Assembly: GCA_963801165.1 (NCBI GenBank)
Contig: CAWDDT010000010.1
Location: forward strand, 192,001-256,000
Source: an uncultured bacterium
GTDB taxonomy: Bacteria > Actinomycetota > Acidimicrobiia > Spongiisociales > UBA5794
Direction of reading: 5' to 3'
Length of the DNA: 64,000 nucleotides
Part shown: in pieces, positions 59,050 to 64,000 of the stretch
Layout of the letters: the number at the start of each line of letters is the position of its first letter
Position numbering within the stretch: position 1 is the first letter of the stretch
Translations under genes and position numbers: made by a program
The notes under the pieces: generated by a model
Database searches by the model: none
The model's input: the letters and a program-made list of their open reading frames with translations, nothing else
Told to the model about the DNA's origin: nothing

Positions 59050-60117
59050 CTATGCGGGTGAATCCTCCGCGGCGGCATTGAGCTGATCGACCATCAATCG
59101 GAGCTTTCCGAGGTGACGTCGATCGAAGTGGAGACGGATCCTCGGCAGGTCGACGTGGTCGTCGGTGCGGATCTCGGCGGGGGTTGCGGCGATCTTTTCG
59201 ATCCTGCCTTTTACGAGGATGTCGCCGAACTCGTCGTTGAGACGCTCGATCAAGGCGACCGACGGCTCATGCTTGAGACGGAGGACCAGCTTTCCGTCCA
59301 CATAGCGTTGCGAGTGGTAGTTGTTGTAGAAGCGTCTGATCTCGTCGGCGGCCTCTTCAGCGTTGTTGGTGTAGGTGAACAGGCTCAGGTCGTCCGGGGC
59401 GATCATGCCCTGATCTCGCAGCGTCTCGACGAAGTCGAACCACTCTTTCCAGTACCCGGTTCCCTCGGCCTCCATCAACACGATCGGATGCATGTCCGAC
59501 TTCCCGGTTTGGGTGAGCGTCAGCAGCTCGAACGTCTCGTCCTGGGTGCCAAACCCACCTGGAAACACGGCAAACGCGTCGGATTCCTTGACGAAGACGA
59601 GTTTTCTGGTGAAGAAGTACTTGAAGTTGATGAGCCGGCTCTCGTGTACGTACGGGTTGGCGTCGGCTTCGAAGGGGAGCCGGATATTGACCCCGAATCC
59701 GTAGTCACTGCCGGCGCCGCGATTGCCGGCCTCCATGATCCCGGGGCCGGCTCCGGTGATGACCATCCACTGGTAGCCGTCCGCCATCAGGTTGGCGAAC
59801 TCTCCCGCCAGCTGGTAGTTGGGGCTACCGGGAGCGGTACGAGCCGAGCCGTAGACGGTCACCTTCGGTGTCTCCGTGTAACGGGAGAACACCATGAATG
59901 AGTAGCGCAGCTCCTTGAGCGCGCTATTGACGATCTTGAGATCTCCGCGGTCGGTGTCGTCGCGGTGCATCTTGATGATCGAGACGATCATCTCGCGAAT
60001 GAGATCATCGTCGTGGTCGTGGCCGGCGTGGCCGGCGACCGCGTCGCTGACGAGGGCGGCCAGCTGATCGTCCAGTTCTTTGTTACCCAGGTGATAGTTC
60101 CGCATCAGGCTCCGCAT
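59050..60117 (-). CDS. LOG-family nucleotide phosphoribohydrolase-like protein
   Basis: YGSART, TGAGPGIMEA, FKYFFTRK and PGGFGTQDE motifs. Confidence 0.9.
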   Translation of the reverse strand: MRSLMRNYHLGNKELDDQLAALVSDAVAGHAGHDHDDDLIREMIVSIIKMHRDDTDRGDLKIVNSALKELRYSFMVFSRYTETPKVTVYGSARTAPGSPNYQLAGEFANLMADGYQWMVITGAGPGIMEAGNRGAGSDYGFGVNIRLPFEADANPYVHESRLINFKYFFTRKLVFVKESDAFAVFPGGFGTQDETFELLTLTQTGKSDMHPIVLMEAEGTGYWKEWFDFVETLRDQGMIAPDDLSLFTYTNNAEEAADEIRRFYNNYHSQRYVDGKLVLRLKHEPSVALIERLNDEFGDILVKGRIEKIAATPAEIRTDDHVDLPRIRLHFDRRHLGKLRLMVDQLNAAAEDSPA

Positions 60118-60168
60118 GGCCCGGCACCGACGTGTACCGGACTGTCGACGCTACTACCGTCCGTGTCT

Positions 60169-60807
60169 ATGCGCCATGTGATCTGGGACTGGAATGGCAC
60201 GCTTGTCGACGACCTCCACGTCGTCGTAGATGCCGTCAACGTATCTCTCGCCGGGTTCGGTGCGGGCCCGATCGACGCCGACGACTATCGGGACCACTAC
60301 ACCCGTCCGGTACGTGTCTTTTACGACCGATTGCTGAACCGCGCCGTCACCGATGACGAGTGGCGCCGCATCGACACGACGTTTCACACCAACTACTCGA
60401 ACGGGCTACACCGGGTAGCTCTGACCGAAGATGCCGAAGCGGCGATCCGGGCGGTGAAAGCGGCGGGGGCCACCCAGTCGATCCTCTCGATGTGGTGGCA
60501 AGAGGACCTGGTTCCCGAGGTGAGACGGCACGGGCTGGACGACATCATGGTTCGTATCGACGGCAATACGCTCGAAGGGGGCGAAACGAAAGCAGCGCTG
60601 CTCGAGATGCATCTCAGCCATCTGCCCGCCCGCAGCGAACCGGTGCTGATCGGCGACGCCACCGACGATGCCCATGCGGCGGCCTCCGCAGGGATTCCGG
60701 CCGTCATCTACGACGGCGGGAGCCACCATCGTGAGTTGCTCGAGTCGCTCGGCGTCCCGGTTGTCGGCACCCTGACGGAAGCGGTGATGGTGGGTCTGGC
60801 GCTATGA
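60169..60807 (+). CDS. HAD-family hydrolase
   Basis: WDWNGTLVDD and LIGDATDD motifs. Confidence 0.88.
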   Translation: MRHVIWDWNGTLVDDLHVVVDAVNVSLAGFGAGPIDADDYRDHYTRPVRVFYDRLLNRAVTDDEWRRIDTTFHTNYSNGLHRVALTEDAEAAIRAVKAAGATQSILSMWWQEDLVPEVRRHGLDDIMVRIDGNTLEGGETKAALLEMHLSHLPARSEPVLIGDATDDAHAAASAGIPAVIYDGGSHHRELLESLGVPVVGTLTEAVMVGLAL

Positions 60808-60844
60808 CGACGTTACGATCGTTCAGCTGCGCCGGGGGTAACCC

Positions 60845-61504
60845 GTGATCCTCGCGGACAAGTGCTTGATCCTCCACATGCCCAAGACAGGCGGTGTGTT
60901 CATCCGCATGCTTCTCGAGAAGCACTACGGGGACGCCGTGCAGCTCGCAACGGGGAAGGGGTTCGACGATCCGAGCGCTCCGTGGGCCCAGCACCATTCG
61001 ATCGACGACGTCCCGGCGGAGTTCCGCAGCCTCCCCGCGTTTGGGTTCGTCCGGAACCCGTGGGATTGGTATGTCTCGTGGTTCCACTTCTTCATGTCCT
61101 ATCCGCACCGGCCCCCGCACTTTGTCACCGTCTCGCACGACAAGACCCTCGACTTCGCCGGCTTCATGACCAGCCTGTACAGCTATCCCGAGGACTCGCC
61201 CGAGTACCTGTACAACAGCTTCTCCGCCGAGTATTACCGGATCTTCGGTTGCAACGAGGCCGTACCCCGTAACCCGGTCATCGAGATGGGGCGCTACGAG
61301 ACAGTGCACGACGATCTGCACGCGTTCTTGGCCCGCGTCGGAGTCGATCGGGAATGCCTCGACGATATCGAGGGGTTCCGCCGGATGAACCCGAGCCCGC
61401 ACCGCCATTACTCGACCTATTACACCGACGAGGTTGTCGACCAGGTCTACCGCCACAACCGCGCCGTGATCGACGAGTTCGGGTATAGGTTCGATCCGGC
61501 GTAG
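60845..61504 (+). CDS. Sulfotransferase family 2-like protein
   Basis: LHMPKTGG (5'-PSB) and FVRNPWDWYVSWF (3'-PB) motifs; terminal FGY.F. Confidence 0.75.
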   Translation: MILADKCLILHMPKTGGVFIRMLLEKHYGDAVQLATGKGFDDPSAPWAQHHSIDDVPAEFRSLPAFGFVRNPWDWYVSWFHFFMSYPHRPPHFVTVSHDKTLDFAGFMTSLYSYPEDSPEYLYNSFSAEYYRIFGCNEAVPRNPVIEMGRYETVHDDLHAFLARVGVDRECLDDIEGFRRMNPSPHRHYSTYYTDEVVDQVYRHNRAVIDEFGYRFDPA

Positions 61505-61533
61505 ACCACGCCGGCATTCCGCCGGGGTCTACG
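61500..61533. terminator. Hairpin between convergent genes, possible terminator
   Basis: CGTAGACC..CCGGC-ATTCC-GCCGG-GGTCTACG inverted repeat. Confidence 0.4.
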
Positions 61534-61571
61534 CAAGAAACGCATGCGGGCGATGTCACCGGCCCGCGGTG

Positions 61572-62057
61572 CTAATCGCGGTAGTTGATGTACTGGAGGG
61601 GGAGGCGGAAGTCCAGGTCGCGGAGCAGTTGGATGACCTCCTGGAGGTCGTCCCGCTTCTTGCCCTGCACCCGCAACTGGTCGGCCTGGACCTGGACCTG
61701 CACCTTCAACTTCGAGTCGCGAATGAGTTTCGACAACTCCTTGGCGGCGTCCTGTGGAATGCCCTGGCTCAGGGTGAAGAGTGTCTGTGATCTGCCACCC
61801 GCGGCCGGTTTGATCTCTCCACCTGCGATGGATTTGAGCGACACCTTGCGTTTGACGAGACGGCCCTTGAGGACGTCGATAGCGGCCTCCAACCTGCTGT
61901 CGGCGTTGGATTCGAGCGAGATGCCCTCGTCGGTCAGCCCGACCTTGGTGTCGGTGCCCTTGAAGTCGTAGCGGTTGGTGATCTCGCGTACCGCCTGGTC
62001 GACCGCGTTGCGGACTTCCTGCATGTCTACCTGGGAAACGATGTCGAATGAAGGCAT
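61572..62057 (-). CDS. yajQ: YajQ-family nucleotide/c-di-GMP-binding protein
   Basis: MPSFDIVS, RYDFKG, GKKRDDLQ and terminal NYRD. Confidence 0.95.
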   Translation of the reverse strand: MPSFDIVSQVDMQEVRNAVDQAVREITNRYDFKGTDTKVGLTDEGISLESNADSRLEAAIDVLKGRLVKRKVSLKSIAGGEIKPAAGGRSQTLFTLSQGIPQDAAKELSKLIRDSKLKVQVQVQADQLRVQGKKRDDLQEVIQLLRDLDFRLPLQYINYRD

Positions 62058-62086
62058 GACGTGACCTTAGTGCTCCGTACCGCCGC

Positions 62087-63076
62087 TCACCGGTACGGAT
62101 TCTCGCCCGGGCCGCGCCGGGCCACCGCCGACCAGACGGTCTCGTAGTGGTCACGATCGAAGCGGTCGACGTGGGGGAGCACGAACTCTTCCCAGGTGCG
62201 GCGCAGCGGATCCGGGGCCGTCGCGTAGACCCGTAGGCCCGCCGGGATCCGGTCGAGCACGGTCCGCAGGCTCATCGGGGTCTCTACGCGTGTCTGGGAA
62301 TCCGTGGAGCTGAATGAGGCGTTCACCTCGACGGCCAGCTTGGCGATGGGCTCCGAGAACACCGGCTTCAGGCCGCTATGGCGGCGATGGAGCATGCTCA
62401 CCAACTCCTCCTCGGCGGGGAAGTCCTTCTCCCAGATGATCCAGCGATCGGCGAAGGCCTTGTTCAGCGTCTGGGTGCCTGCGTAGTCGCGGAGATCGGT
62501 CGGGTTGAGCGTCCCGAACACACGGACGTCGTGGCGAAGCCGCACCATCTCGCCAGTCGGTAGCTCCAGGGCTTGATGACGGTCGAGCAGACCGTGCAAA
62601 GCGAACAGGGTCTCGGCACCGGCAGCGTTTAGCTCCGACAGGTTGATCAAGGCCGGACCGCGCAGCGCTCTTGTTATGTCGCCATCTTCCCACCGGCTTT
62701 CGGTTCCGCCCTTGCCGTCGCCGTAGAGCTTCACCGATCCGATCAACGTGATGTCACGAACCTCACCCGTCAAGGGGATCCGGTAATGCGGCATACCGAG
62801 TGTCGCGGCGAACTGCTCGAGATCATGATCCTTGCCGGTCCCCATGTGGCCACGCAAGGCGAGGTGCAGCGGAGAGTCCTTGAAGTGGTTGCGCCGCACC
62901 TCCTCCACCTGGGCGAGGCGATACAGCATCCCGAGATCCACGTAATACGGATCCGGATCGGGGATGTGCTCGATCCGCAGGTCGTGGTCCGGCATGTCGG
63001 CCGGGATCTCGGTTTTCTCTAGCTCGATGGGCGGGCCTTCCCCTGCAGGATCGTCGAAAGTCACCATCTCAGGCAT
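62087..63076 (-). CDS. MoxR-group (CobS/CbbQ/NorQ-like) AAA+ ATPase with atypical Walker motifs
   Basis: GHMGTGKD, W.DG.IT.A, INLSELN, GTLNP and YAGTQTLN.AFADRW motifs. Confidence 0.85.
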   Translation of the reverse strand: MPEMVTFDDPAGEGPPIELEKTEIPADMPDHDLRIEHIPDPDPYYVDLGMLYRLAQVEEVRRNHFKDSPLHLALRGHMGTGKDHDLEQFAATLGMPHYRIPLTGEVRDITLIGSVKLYGDGKGGTESRWEDGDITRALRGPALINLSELNAAGAETLFALHGLLDRHQALELPTGEMVRLRHDVRVFGTLNPTDLRDYAGTQTLNKAFADRWIIWEKDFPAEEELVSMLHRRHSGLKPVFSEPIAKLAVEVNASFSSTDSQTRVETPMSLRTVLDRIPAGLRVYATAPDPLRRTWEEFVLPHVDRFDRDHYETVWSAVARRGPGENPYR

Positions 63077-64000
63077 TGGTGATGCTCCTTTGTTTGCTCA
63101 GATATTCGGAAGAGGAATGTGCCCACCACGTCTCGCCGCCGGCGGCAGCGATGGTGCGGAGCAAGCTCGAGCGGACACCGTCGATCATCGCTCTGGTGAG
63201 CTCCGCCGGCCACTCTACGACCTGGTGGCGTTGGTACGCCGCGGTCACAGTGTCGTCTCCGATGCCGATGCCCAGCACCGTGGTGCCGTTCCTCTCGGCG
63301 GCGTCCACGGATTCGGCAAGGGCTCGGACCGTGCCCCGCGTCATACCGTCGGCGAGGACGACGAGGATGCGGGTCGATACGTGCCGGGCGGCGAGCCGCT
63401 GCGTCGCATAGGTCACGTTGAACTCGTCGACGTTGGCTGCTTTGTCGAACATCGACACCGGCGGAGTGTTTTCCGGGTCTCTGCGTGCCGCATGCCCTGC
63501 TTCGCGGGGCGCAGCCGCCATGTAGAAGAGACCGGCCATCACGTCTTCGTGCTGGCGCCACCGGTTGTCGAACGGTTTGACCAGATAGTGGTTGACGGTG
63601 CGGGAGAGCCGGTCGGCCGAGCCACCATGGCTGCGACGCAACCCACCGATGGCGCTGTGTCTCCGGCTGGTGAAGGTTCGCTCGGTGTCGTCGCCGGTGG
63701 CGGGGAAGGAGCGGTTGAACACGGCGACTTCGAAGTCGATCTGGAGCTCATGGCAAAGCGCGGCGAGTGACCACGCACCGAGAGTCGCGGCGGCCAGGGC
63801 CCACGGGGCTTTGCGCGCGGTACCCACCCGGAGCGGTTGCAGCATCGACGCCGACCCGTCGACGAGCAGGCTGACGGCATAGCTGCGTCGTGTCGGCAGA
63901 TCGCGCCGCTCGAACATACGCTCGTACAAACCTGCACCGAGCAGCAGCGCCGAATACGGCGAGAGATCACCTGCGTCGAAACCGGAGCGGAGCCCCCGCC
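63069..64000 (-). CDS. vWA-domain protein (CobT/NorD-like), 5' part beyond the window edge
   Basis: MIDAS VDGSASM, LVVLADG and LGIGIG motifs; overlaps the start of the AAA gene. Confidence 0.8.
   Translation of the reverse strand, partial: RGLRSGFDAGDLSPYSALLLGAGLYERMFERRDLPTRRSYAVSLLVDGSASMLQPLRVGTARKAPWALAAATLGAWSLAALCHELQIDFEVAVFNRSFPATGDDTERTFTSRRHSAIGGLRRSHGGSADRLSRTVNHYLVKPFDNRWRQHEDVMAGLFYMAAAPREAGHAARRDPENTPPVSMFDKAANVDEFNVTYATQRLAARHVSTRILVVLADGMTRGTVRALAESVDAAERNGTTVLGIGIGDDTVTAAYQRHQVVEWPAELTRAMIDGVRSSLLRTIAAAGGETWWAHSSSEYLSKQRSITNA

Noticed and set aside
61505-62086. tRNA genes near yajQ
   Set aside because: No cloverleaf or T-loop consensus is visible in the short flanking gaps.

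Overview
GC-rich bacterial chromosomal segment, most likely from an Acidimicrobiia-type actinobacterium. The evidence is an actinobacterial LexA box, DnaE2, a long-form Lhr, short SerC, ChoD, 'CNPP..FCP' SLH-like repeats and many apparently leaderless genes. It holds about 60 tightly packed genes. These include a TPP-riboswitch-controlled thiN-thiBPQ operon, ychF, udk, choD, osmC, stand-alone dnaE2, trkAH, a GH13_18 phosphorylase/kinase pair, three ABC exporters, ferritin, serC/aspC, an AroQ-hydrolase fusion, a frameshifted lhr, yajQ and a CobS/CobT-like AAA+/vWA pair. I saw no rRNA, tRNA, CRISPR array, transposase or integrase. The best leads are: (1) an AAA+ ATPase whose Walker A Thr and Walker B Asp appear reciprocally swapped (GTGKD / INLSE), next to a vWA partner; (2) a SatD (cyclase-like palm + HTH) and membrane-protein operon behind three 17-bp boxes spaced exactly 29 bp apart; (3) the AroQ-alpha/beta-hydrolase fusion; (4) the phosphorylase + kinase pair; (5) an uncalled sORF, a probable non-canonical start codon, and REP-like repeats, one of them in-frame in dnaE2. 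All family assignments come from motif recognition by eye, with no database searches.
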